Shown here: piece by piece, positions 29,074-38,786 of the stretch
Layout: each line of letters starts with the position of its first letter
Numbering within the stretch: position 1 is the stretch's first letter
IMG/VR virus record: IMGVR_UViG_3300047157_000105
Location: 32,001-96,000 of that record
Direction: 5' to 3' (one strand)
DNA length: 64,000 bases
Source: a virus
Made by a program: the position numbers and the translations under genes
Notes under the pieces: generated by a model
What the model was told of the DNA's origin: nothing
The model's database searches: none
The model's input: the letters and a program-made list of their open reading frames with translations, nothing else

Positions 29074-31586
29074 ATGAATCAAAACTTTTATACGTCAGCC
29101 TTTCGGCATGGAAAGGTCATTAAATATTTGGGCTATGAGAATGGTGAGAAAGTAAAGTTCACTGTTCCGTATCGCCCGACTCTATTTGTCACAAGCAAAC
29201 AAAACAATGCACATGATTGGCATTCCCTAGATGGTAAACCAGTAGAACCTATTCAGTTCGGTTCTATGGGAGAAGCCACTGACTTTATTAAGTCTTATGC
29301 AGATGTTCCTGGCTTTGATGTCTATGGCAATACCAACTATGTTGTTCAGTATCTTAATGAAGAGTTCCCTGGTGTAATCAAATGGGATCGTAACACAATC
29401 AATGTTACCTCTATCGATATCGAAACAAAGTTCGGTGATGGTTTCCCTGAGCCTAAAGATGCTGACCAGGAAGTGACAGCAATCACAATGAAGAATAACA
29501 TCGATGATACCTATTACACATTTGGTTGTGGTGAGTATGATGTAGAGAATTCTCTTATGCAAACACATTCGGTCGTTTATGTCAAGTGTGCTGACGAGAG
29601 AGAACTCTTACACAAATTTGTTTATCATTGGTCTAAGACTTCCCCTGATATTGTTACAGGTTGGAACTGTGAGTTCTTTGATATACCATATCTAGTAAAC
29701 CGTATTAGACGCATCTTTGATAATGGTCGTGAGAAGTTCCTATCTCCATGGCGAATGATTGATGAGCGTGAGACACATACTGGTTATGGTCAATCCACAC
29801 TTAAATACGAAATCAAAGGTGTAGCCATCTTAGATTACATGGCAATATTCAAGAAGTTCGGTTATTCGTATGGTCCACAAGAATCATATAAGTTAGATCA
29901 TATTGCAAATATTGTTCTCGGTGAGAAGAAGCTTGACTTCGGTGAAGCATCTGACCTTAATGAATTGCATGCAAATGACTATCAAAAGTTTATTGACTAT
30001 AACATCAAAGACGTAGAACTCATCGACCGTATGGAAGACAAGCTCGGTCTTATTAGTCTATGTCTTACCATGGCTTATAAAGGTGGTGTAAACTATGAGC
30101 AAGTGCTTGGCACTGTGGCTATATGGGATTCACTGATCTATCGTGACTTACATGCTAAGCGTATAGCTGTACCACAAAACGAAGAGTCATTTAAAGGTGC
30201 ATATCCTGGCGGTTATGTAAAAGAACCACATGTTGGTATGCATGATTGGGTATGTTCATTTGACTTAGCTTCTCTATATCCGTCAATCATTATGCAATAC
30301 AATATGTCTCCAGAGACTATCCTACTTGATGATGAGCCTGGTGTGAATGTAGAATCAGTCTTAGCTGGTCATATAAAGAATAATACACCAAACACGGCAT
30401 TAGCTGTAAACGGTGTTCGTTTCGATACAAAGAAGCTCGGTATTATTCCAGCCATTATCCAAGAGATCTATAATGATCGTCAAACATTTAAACAAGCACA
30501 ACTCAAAGCTGAGCAAGAGCTCGAGCTATGTGGTGTAAAGTCAGAGGTCTATGCCTTAGAGAAACGTATTGCTATTGCCAAGAACCAACAAATGGCATTA
30601 AAGATCCTACTCAACTCTTTGTATGGTGCAATGGGTAATAAGTGGTTTAGATATTTCGACATGCGTATTGCCGAAGGTATCACACTTACTGGTCAAGCAA
30701 CCATTCGTTGGGCAGAGAATAACTTGAATGATTACCTTAACAAAACCTTACAAACTAAAAAAGATTATGTAGTTGCTATTGATACCGACTCTGTCTATGT
30801 TTGTCTTGACGAGTTTGTTAAACGTCTTGGTCCAGCCAAGCCGGTAGACTTCCTTGACCAAGTATGTTCAGGTGCATTAGAAGGTGCACTCACTGAATGC
30901 TATGATCGTTTATTTAAAACACTAGGCGGTATAGAAAACAAAATGGTTATGGAACGTGAGGTAATTGCTGATCGTGGCATATGGACTGCCAAGAAGAGAT
31001 ACATACTCAATGTGCATGACAATGAAGGTGTTCGTTATGCTCAACCTAAATTAAAGATTATGGGTATCGAGGCAATCAAATCATCTACACCAGCTATATG
31101 TAGACAAGCCCTCAAAGATATCTTTCGCAGGATCATTGAGACTGATCAGGCAACCGTACAATCAGACATAGCAAACTTTAAAGCAGCATTTAAACAAGCG
31201 TCTGCCGAAGAGGTAAGCTTTCCTCGTGGTGTAAACAATCTAAATAAATGGACCGATAGGGAAAACATTTACAAGAAGGGAACACCTATTCATATTCGTG
31301 GTGCAATACTACACAATAATCTTATTACAAAACAAAATTAGGTAGAAGTATTCAGAAGATAACTAGTGGTGACAAGGTCAAGTTTACATATCTTGTCAAG
31401 CCGAATCCAATCAAAGAGAATGTGATTGCATTTGTAGATTATCTCCCACGTCAATTTAAACTTGAGAAATATATAGATTATAACCTACAGTTCGAGAAGA
31501 CATTCTTGGGTGCAATCGAACCGGTATTAGAAGCAGTTGGATGGACCAGTGAGCATGAAGTATCATTGGAAGATTTTTTTGTTTAA
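29074..31586 (+). CDS. gp43: family B DNA polymerase; frameshift near 31335 (one A missing)
   Basis: DIET exonuclease, DLASLYPS, KILLNSLYG, IDTDS. The -1 frame continues LGRSIQKITSGDKVKFTYL…SLEDFFV* to 31586, ending in a clamp-binding motif. Confidence 0.96.
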
Positions 31587-31590
31587 GGTA

Positions 31591-31618
31591 TGTACTTTGA
31601 ACAAAAGTGTGATACAAT
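31591..31618 (+). promoter_or_regulatory. early/middle promoter (TACAAT -10) of the gp43-uvsX insert
   Basis: TGTACT-N16-TACAAT. Confidence 0.7.
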
Positions 31619-31666
31619 ATAACATATGAGTAAATTAGACTACGTAATATTAAAACTCGGAGACTT

Positions 31667-32326
31667 ATGTCAGCAGATTGGGTAAACGATATTAATCGTA
31701 TGCATAACAAATATGGTGTACGTGATTGGATAAATCATGCCACACCATTTCAATTAAAGAAGTTCTTAGAATTTCGTTTAGACTTTATCAAAGAAGAGTA
31801 TGATGAAACACGTGAAGCATTAATTATGGAAGATAGTGAAGAGATCGTAGATGGTCTTATCGACTTATGTGTTGTAGCTATCGGTACATTAGATGCTATG
31901 GGTATTAATGCTCATAAAGCATGGGATGAAGTATATCAAGCAAACATGGCAAAAGAAGTTGGTGTAAAAGAATCACGTCCAAATCCATTAGGTTTACCAG
32001 ATCTAATTAAGCCAGAAGGTTGGACAGCACCTGTACACTTTCCTAATTATGGTATATTAGAATCAGCATGGAGTGATGAAATTACCAAGAGAGCCATGGC
32101 AGCGAATGCTGCAAGAACAGAATTAGTAGGTGAAAATCCAGAGATTAATTCTCAATGGACACCAGATGCAGAAAAGCGTATGGATATTATTGGTCAAAAT
32201 GGTAATGATGGTTTGCATTATACACCTGGACCAGGACCATTAGATGGTACACAAGCAAAGATAGATTGGACTAAAGATTCGGAGTACATAAGATTATATG
32301 GCACAGCAGAAGATCCAAAAGTCTAA
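31667..32326 (+). CDS. MazG/PRA-PH-like NTP pyrophosphohydrolase (candidate dCTPase)
   Basis: EEYDE…EIVDGLID; VYQANMAK; DLIKPEGW. Confidence 0.8.
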   Translation: MSADWVNDINRMHNKYGVRDWINHATPFQLKKFLEFRLDFIKEEYDETREALIMEDSEEIVDGLIDLCVVAIGTLDAMGINAHKAWDEVYQANMAKEVGVKESRPNPLGLPDLIKPEGWTAPVHFPNYGILESAWSDEITKRAMAANAARTELVGENPEINSQWTPDAEKRMDIIGQNGNDGLHYTPGPGPLDGTQAKIDWTKDSEYIRLYGTAEDPKV

Positions 32327-32453
32327 TTTTAATTATCGTAGATGGTTGCTTATATACAAAGGCAAAGATCTAGATAAGTTGACAGTTGAAGAGCATACTA
32401 AGTTTAGTAAGCAATTCGCTGCTTGGAAAGTAGGTAACATTGAGAAAGTATGA
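32298..32453 (+). CDS. hypothetical protein, 51 aa (not in ORF track)
   Basis: MAQQKIQKSNFNYRRWLL…; fills the gap and overlaps the next ATG. Confidence 0.5.
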   Translation: MAQQKIQKSNFNYRRWLLIYKGKDLDKLTVEEHTKFSKQFAAWKVGNIEKV

Positions 32454-33376
32454 ACTATTCCCTTACATTATTTAAAAGTATATTCGATAACAAGACTGAC
32501 AAACGTATGGACTTTACGTCATATGCACAGTTTGAAGGTTTGTTATTTGATCTAGCCCAGCAGAAGCGTGAAGATAAGAAGTCGGCTCCCCTTATATCTC
32601 CTGCAACCTATGTAGAAGGTACGACTCGTGCAAATGATAATGTAATCGGTTGGGCTGGTTGGTGCGCGGTAGATGTAGATGAACATGTATTCGATGGTAG
32701 TCTTGAGCAAGAACTATTAGATCGTTATGGAAAATGGAATCATGTTGTTTACTCTACTGCTTCATCAACTCAAGAGCATCCTAAGTTTAGAATAGTATTT
32801 CCACTATCTGTTGATGTACCTAAAGATAAGATTAAACACTTTTGGTTTGCATTAAATAAAGAGTTAGGTGACATTGGTGATCCTCAAACAAAAGATCTAT
32901 CACGTATGTATTATGTTCCAGGCAAGTATAAAGATGCATACAATTTTATATTTAATAATTTCTGTGGTGTAGATATGGATCCATATGAGATTATGGCAAA
33001 GCATGATTACGTTGAGCGTAGTGGTTCATTATTAGATAATCTACCACCTGAAATACGTAAGGCTATGCTGGCACACCGTAAGAATGAAATGGTAAACACA
33101 AATGTGACATGGAGTAATTACAAAGATTGTCCATTTGTTAATAAGAAGTTAGTGAAAGAGTATAATGAAATCACTGACACAGGCTGGTATACAAAGATGT
33201 ATGCCATCATGGTTTCAATTGCAGGTAATGCGATACGTAACAAATATCCTATTACTGCACAAGAGATCACTACATTATGCAAGGAGATAGACTATGAAAA
33301 CGGCAATTGGTACAAGACAAGACCATTCGACAAGGAGGCAGATCGTGCAATCGAATTTGTTTACAGCAACGGATGA
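32450..33376 (+). CDS. AEP-superfamily primase/primase-polymerase-like protein with PriCT-like C-terminus
   Basis: AVDVD (DxD); YSTASS…PKFRIVFPL; D…SRMYYVP. Confidence 0.7.
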   Translation: MNYSLTLFKSIFDNKTDKRMDFTSYAQFEGLLFDLAQQKREDKKSAPLISPATYVEGTTRANDNVIGWAGWCAVDVDEHVFDGSLEQELLDRYGKWNHVVYSTASSTQEHPKFRIVFPLSVDVPKDKIKHFWFALNKELGDIGDPQTKDLSRMYYVPGKYKDAYNFIFNNFCGVDMDPYEIMAKHDYVERSGSLLDNLPPEIRKAMLAHRKNEMVNTNVTWSNYKDCPFVNKKLVKEYNEITDTGWYTKMYAIMVSIAGNAIRNKYPITAQEITTLCKEIDYENGNWYKTRPFDKEADRAIEFVYSNG

Positions 33377-33803
33377 ATGGTTAATTCAATGTTGGAATAA
33401 AAAAGATTTATATAATATTCCAGGAGGACCATTATATGAATTTCCTGAATTTGCTCAAGTGGCAAATCCAGATAATATAGAAGTATTTCCAAGTGACGGA
33501 GTTTGGGAATGGGATACGACTGAAGGTGAAGATCGTAATGATTATGGATATTATTCATCAGATGGCATGTCAATTGAAACTCCAAAAATGTCGAAAGTAA
33601 CAAATGCAAAACTAGGTATAATAACTCATTTTAAACCATGGCACTTTGGTCAAGATGAAGAAAAATGGGTAGAGAAATTTTCAACTTGGGATGTTGAAGC
33701 AGGTGAACAATTTCCATATATAATACTTGGAAAAATTCCAGCATTAGAAGTATTAGAATATTGTAACAAAAATAAAACAAAAAGATATGTACTTCCGCTG
33801 TAA
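33294..33803 (+). CDS. hypothetical protein (start uncertain)
   Basis: Open frame, AT-rich, no recognised motif. Confidence 0.5.
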   Translation: MKTAIGTRQDHSTRRQIVQSNLFTATDEWLIQCWNKKDLYNIPGGPLYEFPEFAQVANPDNIEVFPSDGVWEWDTTEGEDRNDYGYYSSDGMSIETPKMSKVTNAKLGIITHFKPWHFGQDEEKWVEKFSTWDVEAGEQFPYIILGKIPALEVLEYCNKNKTKRYVLPL

Positions 33804-33816
33804 AGTGTGGTATAAT
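33788..33816 (+). promoter_or_regulatory. early/middle promoter of the DNA-modification operon
   Basis: TGTACT-N17-TATAAT. Confidence 0.8.
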
Positions 33817-33842
33817 ATACACATATCAATCGAGGAGTAAAC

Positions 33843-34181
33843 ATGCAAAAAGAATCAATCATAGTTCTGCAAGAATGTGCAGAGCTTCAATCTAAAAAGT
33901 CAGAAGACTATCAAAACCCAAATTCACAAGTAAAACAAGCAATGCATTATCGTCGCGGTGTCGATTCTATTCATGACACTATGCACGGCAAAATGCTTCG
34001 TGCTCAGTCTTTACTTGAATCCGGTCAAGCTAATAACTTTGAATCACTCGAAGACACATACAAAGATCTTATTAACTATGCATCATTTGCTGTAGCTTAT
34101 ATTCGTGGCAAGATGGAAGGTCAAGATCCTTCACTAGATTACTTAAACAATCCTAAATCAAATGTTGATACGTCCGTATAA
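33843..34181 (+). CDS. nucleotide modification associated domain 1 (DUF1599-like)
   Basis: KKSEDY…ESLEDTYKDLINYA pattern; adjacent to the hydroxymethylase. Confidence 0.75.
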   Translation: MQKESIIVLQECAELQSKKSEDYQNPNSQVKQAMHYRRGVDSIHDTMHGKMLRAQSLLESGQANNFESLEDTYKDLINYASFAVAYIRGKMEGQDPSLDYLNNPKSNVDTSV

Positions 34182-34851
34182 AGTCACTGACGTTCGTGAC
34201 TACTTCATTGGTGCCAAGCAAGGTGGTGGCTACGGTCAGACTATAGATAAGACTGGTGTAAAGTGTATTGAATTAATCGGTGCATCATTTCTAGCAGATG
34301 AACCTGCAATATTTGGTACACCTAATGATGAATATATTAAAAAAGAAATCGACTGGTATAAATCACAGTCAAGAAACATTAATGACATATATGGAATAGG
34401 TTCTATGCCACCAGCAGCATGGCAATATGCAGCAAACAAAGATGGTATGATTAATTCTAATTATGGTTATCTAATATGGTCAAGTGATAATGGCAATCAA
34501 TATGATAAGTGTTTAGCTGAATTAAAATCTAATCCTAATTCACGTAGAGCTCTTATGATTTATAATAGACCGGAGATATGGGATGAGTATAATCTTGAAG
34601 GTATGTCAGATTTTATATGTACTAATTCAGTAGCTTACTATATTCGTAATGATGAATTACATTGTTCAGTCTCCATGAGATCTAACGATGTCGTATATGG
34701 ATATAAGAATGATTACGCATGGCAACAATATGTACTAAATGAATTAGCTAATGATTTGAATATTGAACCGGGTAATATGATATGGCAAGTACAAAACTTG
34801 CATGTCTATGAAAAACATTTTGATTTAGTTAAACCAAAGAGATATGCCTAA
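34162..34851 (+). CDS. gp42: dCMP hydroxymethylase (thymidylate synthase fold)
   Basis: INSNYG, SDFICTN, MRSNDVVYGYKND (Asp at the site equivalent to T4 D179), LHVYEKHF. Confidence 0.88.
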   Translation: MLIRPYKVTDVRDYFIGAKQGGGYGQTIDKTGVKCIELIGASFLADEPAIFGTPNDEYIKKEIDWYKSQSRNINDIYGIGSMPPAAWQYAANKDGMINSNYGYLIWSSDNGNQYDKCLAELKSNPNSRRALMIYNRPEIWDEYNLEGMSDFICTNSVAYYIRNDELHCSVSMRSNDVVYGYKNDYAWQQYVLNELANDLNIEPGNMIWQVQNLHVYEKHFDLVKPKRYA

Positions 34852-35881
34852 ACAGTGGTTAAATGAAGAAGCACTTGATGTGCTAGTTAATTATTACTAT
34901 CCTAAAGCTGGATGGTTACAAGACAATGTCAATTGGGGAACACTTGATTACGAGGGTCCAGAAGCAAATGAGATTATTAATGATCCTTTACTCCAGAAGA
35001 TAGACATCTATGATTGTAAACATAGAGCAGCCGCTGGTTTCTCTAATGTATTACAAGACTTACGGTTTGGTTCAAAGACTCCTAAATGGAGATGGCAAAA
35101 CGAAAGACGTAGAGAGATTAATACTTGGAATGATCAAATCACATGGGGAGTATCCACATGGCTTTTTGTTATGATGTGTCACCGTATTACAGGTTCGGGT
35201 GCATCATTTGAGAATGACCACGGATACCGTAACAATATTATACAGTATTGGGGTACACAGTTTGGTAAGGACGGTGTACATCAGATGTGTGAAGATCTGG
35301 TAAAAAGAAAAGAGGAAGGACCAATATTTACTTCTATTGGTAACCAACCACCTGCTCCAAAGAAGGGCACGAGCAATGTAGACTTTATGACAAAAGAACT
35401 ACCACCACTAATTTATAAATTTACCGATTGGTTATTATATGAAAAGATAGACGGTAAAGAAATGAAGACACATAAACAAATTGTTGATTATTTAAATGAA
35501 TATAATAAATCAGCAGGACATAGAAAGTTTAACTTCCAATATGCAGCATTCTCTATGGATTGCTCAGACTATTTTCCTGAAGCAGTAGATAAAGATTCAC
35601 ATACATACTTAGGCAACAACGCTGTTCGTTGTTTAAAGAAGTTATCATCTGGATATAGTCATGATGAGTTCATGAATATATTAAGAGAACGTACAGGCGG
35701 AAGACCAAAAGATCTTGAAGATGTTATGTGTGACTTTGTAAGGTTTGGTCAGAATTATGTACCAAGAGGTAACGGCACATTTGACCATATTCCTAGCACT
35801 ATAACTAATAACAGCGGATGGGTATCTGGTTGGAAGCAAAGACAAGGTACACCACCACAAACTAATACACTACCAATATAA
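34844..35881 (+). CDS. aGPT-Pplase-superfamily (HhH-like) DNA base-modifying protein
   Basis: LGNNAVRCL and DLEDVMCDFVRF resemble the GPGAxRGL and DIExxLCEFxKY motifs; operon context. Confidence 0.6.
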   Translation: MPKQWLNEEALDVLVNYYYPKAGWLQDNVNWGTLDYEGPEANEIINDPLLQKIDIYDCKHRAAAGFSNVLQDLRFGSKTPKWRWQNERRREINTWNDQITWGVSTWLFVMMCHRITGSGASFENDHGYRNNIIQYWGTQFGKDGVHQMCEDLVKRKEEGPIFTSIGNQPPAPKKGTSNVDFMTKELPPLIYKFTDWLLYEKIDGKEMKTHKQIVDYLNEYNKSAGHRKFNFQYAAFSMDCSDYFPEAVDKDSHTYLGNNAVRCLKKLSSGYSHDEFMNILRERTGGRPKDLEDVMCDFVRFGQNYVPRGNGTFDHIPSTITNNSGWVSGWKQRQGTPPQTNTLPI

Positions 35882-36756
35882 TGCCACACAATAAACATGT
35901 AGAAGATGGGTTCAATATCGATGTCGGTATGATGCAACCTGATGAAGCAAAGAATTATTATTTAGATCTTGCAGGTGATTGGGAAGATCCTAATCCAGCT
36001 CCACGTATTGTTGAGCATGAAGGTATTCGAGTTGTAAGAGATGATGACTTAGTTGGATCGAAGGTCCGAGGTGGTGATTGTTTAATATCAAGTATTAAAG
36101 AAGATACTATTGTGTATGTGCAACCAAGGACTGGTTTAGCTGGTGTAAGTATATTAGATGTAGCAAAGAGACATAATAAAGCTGTAAGATTATTTATGCC
36201 ATCATCTAAAAAGATCTCACATCACCAAGCATGTTGCATAGAACAAGGAGCAGAAGCATCCTTCCATCGTATTGCAGCTATGCCTAATCTAAATAAGATA
36301 GCAAAAGACTGGGCTGATCAGAATCCAAATGCATTCTTTGTGCCATTAGGACTGAAACATAAATTAGTCACCGCTGGAATGGTGAAGGTTGCTAGTAAGA
36401 TTAAAGAGCCTGAACTGGTGTATGTTGCTACTTCGACAGGTGTACTTACAAGATCTCTACAGATTGCTTGGCCTAATGCCGAGTTTGTCTCTGTTGCTGT
36501 AAGTAGAAACATGAAGGCTGGTGAATTAGGTAGAGCAAAGGTTATATCTGAGCCACGGGCTTTCACGGCTCATGAGAGTAAAGAGAACTTACCACCATTT
36601 CCAAACATAGATACTTACGATGGTAAGGTATGGAAATATATTCCTAAACATTCTGGTAAAGATATATTATTTTGGAATGTAGGTAAAGAACCAGAATTAC
36701 ACGATGATACAATATATGAAACTGAAAGCTATAGAGATTGGGATAAGAACTTATGA
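35881..36756 (+). CDS. fold-type II PLP-dependent enzyme
   Basis: VRDDDLVGSKVRG (PLP lysine), ATSTG phosphate loop, YDGK, LFWNVG. Confidence 0.8.
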   Translation: MPHNKHVEDGFNIDVGMMQPDEAKNYYLDLAGDWEDPNPAPRIVEHEGIRVVRDDDLVGSKVRGGDCLISSIKEDTIVYVQPRTGLAGVSILDVAKRHNKAVRLFMPSSKKISHHQACCIEQGAEASFHRIAAMPNLNKIAKDWADQNPNAFFVPLGLKHKLVTAGMVKVASKIKEPELVYVATSTGVLTRSLQIAWPNAEFVSVAVSRNMKAGELGRAKVISEPRAFTAHESKENLPPFPNIDTYDGKVWKYIPKHSGKDILFWNVGKEPELHDDTIYETESYRDWDKNL

Positions 36757-37697
36757 TTACAGGAACATTTAATAAAATACCACGTAAGAAGAATAGTCAT
36801 GGATATGGCTGGGCCAGAACATGGGCAGAGAATCTTATGACAACAATTAACCATGAGGGAGATCCTGTTGAGATATTATACTTAGACCATGGCGTAAACT
36901 TTGGCGGTGGTTTAAATCTATTTGGTGGATTCGATGATAAATTAAAACGAAGAGTAGATAATTTTTTATTAGCTGATAAAGTCTATTCACTTGATATGCC
37001 TATGCCAAGGTATGGTGATATGCTAGCCAAGAGAAAAGATGTGACTGACAAAGAATGGTGTGCTCGTGTTCAAGCTAAATGCGATGGTGCACAAACACTA
37101 CTATCTACAGATCTTGACACAACATGGTTAACCATTGGTGATTCTCATACGGCAGCATTTGCTCCACACGATAGCATGGTCATTAAGACAAATGGTCTTA
37201 CACTCAATGGACAAATTCAATCTAACTTCCAATATGTTCGTGACCATATGGCTAAATGCAATAACTTACAAGGTATCACACTCAGCTTTGGCAATATAGA
37301 TGTAAGACATCACTTATGCAGATTAGGTATTGATCCAAGAGATATGTGGATTAAATTAAAAAGGTTTGGTGATAGCTTGCCAATACCAGTAGAATATTCT
37401 GTACCTTGGCCTATAGAGTTTGAAGGTAGAAGATTACCAAAGACTGGTTATTATAAGAACCAACCATTTTGGGGTACACACTTTGAAAGATCACAAATGC
37501 TTGAAAGAATTCTTGAGACCATGGATATGGTGAGCATGAATAAAGTTATGTATCCGGAAGAGTGGTTAAAGCTTGATCCACAAGATTTTGCAAAGAGAAA
37601 AATGGAAGGCACAAGCTCAGTACATATATCACCAGAAGTTTACAGACGAAAAGAATTTGGTGAAGAGTATGTACTTTTAACAGATTTCATGATATAA
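36753..37697 (+). CDS. hypothetical protein with SGNH/GDSL-like domain
   Basis: IGDSH, FGNIDVRHH, SVHI; occupies the T4 beta-gt position. Confidence 0.55.
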   Translation: MITGTFNKIPRKKNSHGYGWARTWAENLMTTINHEGDPVEILYLDHGVNFGGGLNLFGGFDDKLKRRVDNFLLADKVYSLDMPMPRYGDMLAKRKDVTDKEWCARVQAKCDGAQTLLSTDLDTTWLTIGDSHTAAFAPHDSMVIKTNGLTLNGQIQSNFQYVRDHMAKCNNLQGITLSFGNIDVRHHLCRLGIDPRDMWIKLKRFGDSLPIPVEYSVPWPIEFEGRRLPKTGYYKNQPFWGTHFERSQMLERILETMDMVSMNKVMYPEEWLKLDPQDFAKRKMEGTSSVHISPEVYRRKEFGEEYVLLTDFMI

Positions 37698-37698
37698 T
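37670..37698 (+). promoter_or_regulatory. early/middle promoter of uvsX
   Basis: TGTACT-N17-TATAAT. Confidence 0.8.
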
Positions 37699-37742
37699 GT
37701 ACACATCAAATTAACTATTAGAGGAGAACTATTATCGGTATA

Positions 37743-38786
37743 ATGGATAAATTAGCGAAGAACTCTCGTATCAAAGAGTCTTCCCAACTTGACAAAAGCA
37801 AGTTGTTTAGTAATAAGGACATGGTGACTACACCTGTTCCAATGATTAACGTTGCACTATCAGGTGATCCAGACGGAGGTCTGAGTTCTGGTTTAACAGT
37901 ATTAGCTGGACCATCGAAGCATTTTAAGACTTCTTTTGGCTTGTTAATGGCAGCAGCTTACTTAGATAAGTATGAAGACGCTGTACTGTTGTTTTATGAT
38001 TCAGAGTTTGGTAGCCCGCAACAATATTTTAAGTCGTTCGGTATTGATACTTCCCGCGTACTACATAGTCCCATTACTAATGTAGAAGAGCTGAAGTTTG
38101 ACCTAATTTCTCAGCTCGAGAATATCGAACGCGACGACAAAGTCATTATTATGATTGACTCTGTCGGTAACCTAGCTTCAAAGAAAGAGCTAGAAGATGC
38201 TATGAATGAAAAGTCAGTAGCAGATATGTCGAGAGCAAAAGCTCTCAAAGGTCTATTTAGAATGACAACACCCTACCTAACAATGAGAGATATTCCATTG
38301 ATAGCAATAAACCATACATATCAAGAAATAGGCTTATTTCCGAAGGCGGTCGTATCAGGTGGTACAGGTATTTACTACTCCTCAGATAATATCTGGATCA
38401 TTGGCCGCCAGCAGGAAAAGAAGGGAACAGAAATTACAGGATATAACTTTGTCATTAATGTAGAGAAATCAAGGTTTGTCCGTGAGAAGTCTAAGATTCC
38501 TATTAATGTTACATGGGAAGGTGGTATCGAATCGTATTCAGGTTTATTAGATGTAGCAATAGAAGGTGGATATGTAGTTAAACCATCTAATGGTTGGTAC
38601 TCAAAGGTTGACCGATCTACTGGAGAAGTAGAAGATAAAAAGGTTCGTATTGCACAAACACTTGAAGCAGAGTTTTGGCAAGACATTTTTGCAAAGTCAG
38701 ACTTTAAAGATTATCTTAAAAACAAATATGAAGTTGGTCATGCTGAAATGATTAAACAAGATAACCCTGAGGACTTGGATATTTAA
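37743..38786 (+). CDS. uvsX: RecA-like recombinase
   Basis: AGPSKHFKT, YDSEFG, IDSVGNLAS, GGTG. Confidence 0.97.
   Translation: MDKLAKNSRIKESSQLDKSKLFSNKDMVTTPVPMINVALSGDPDGGLSSGLTVLAGPSKHFKTSFGLLMAAAYLDKYEDAVLLFYDSEFGSPQQYFKSFGIDTSRVLHSPITNVEELKFDLISQLENIERDDKVIIMIDSVGNLASKKELEDAMNEKSVADMSRAKALKGLFRMTTPYLTMRDIPLIAINHTYQEIGLFPKAVVSGGTGIYYSSDNIWIIGRQQEKKGTEITGYNFVINVEKSRFVREKSKIPINVTWEGGIESYSGLLDVAIEGGYVVKPSNGWYSKVDRSTGEVEDKKVRIAQTLEAEFWQDIFAKSDFKDYLKNKYEVGHAEMIKQDNPEDLDI

Noticed and set aside
31325-31345. Programmed -1 frameshift or natural split polymerase
   Set aside because: No canonical X XXY YYZ slippery heptamer in the right frame and no start for a second subunit; a second homopolymer indel in gp17 points to sequencing error.
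34162-34851. Ordinary thymidylate synthase or dUMP hydroxymethylase
   Set aside because: Asp rather than Asn at the specificity position, plus gp42-like SDFICTN and INSNYG motifs.
37720-37745. Non-AUG (ATC) start for uvsX at the SD-optimal position
   Set aside because: It could be a single-base error or the in-frame ATG at 37743 may be used; this cannot be resolved from sequence alone.
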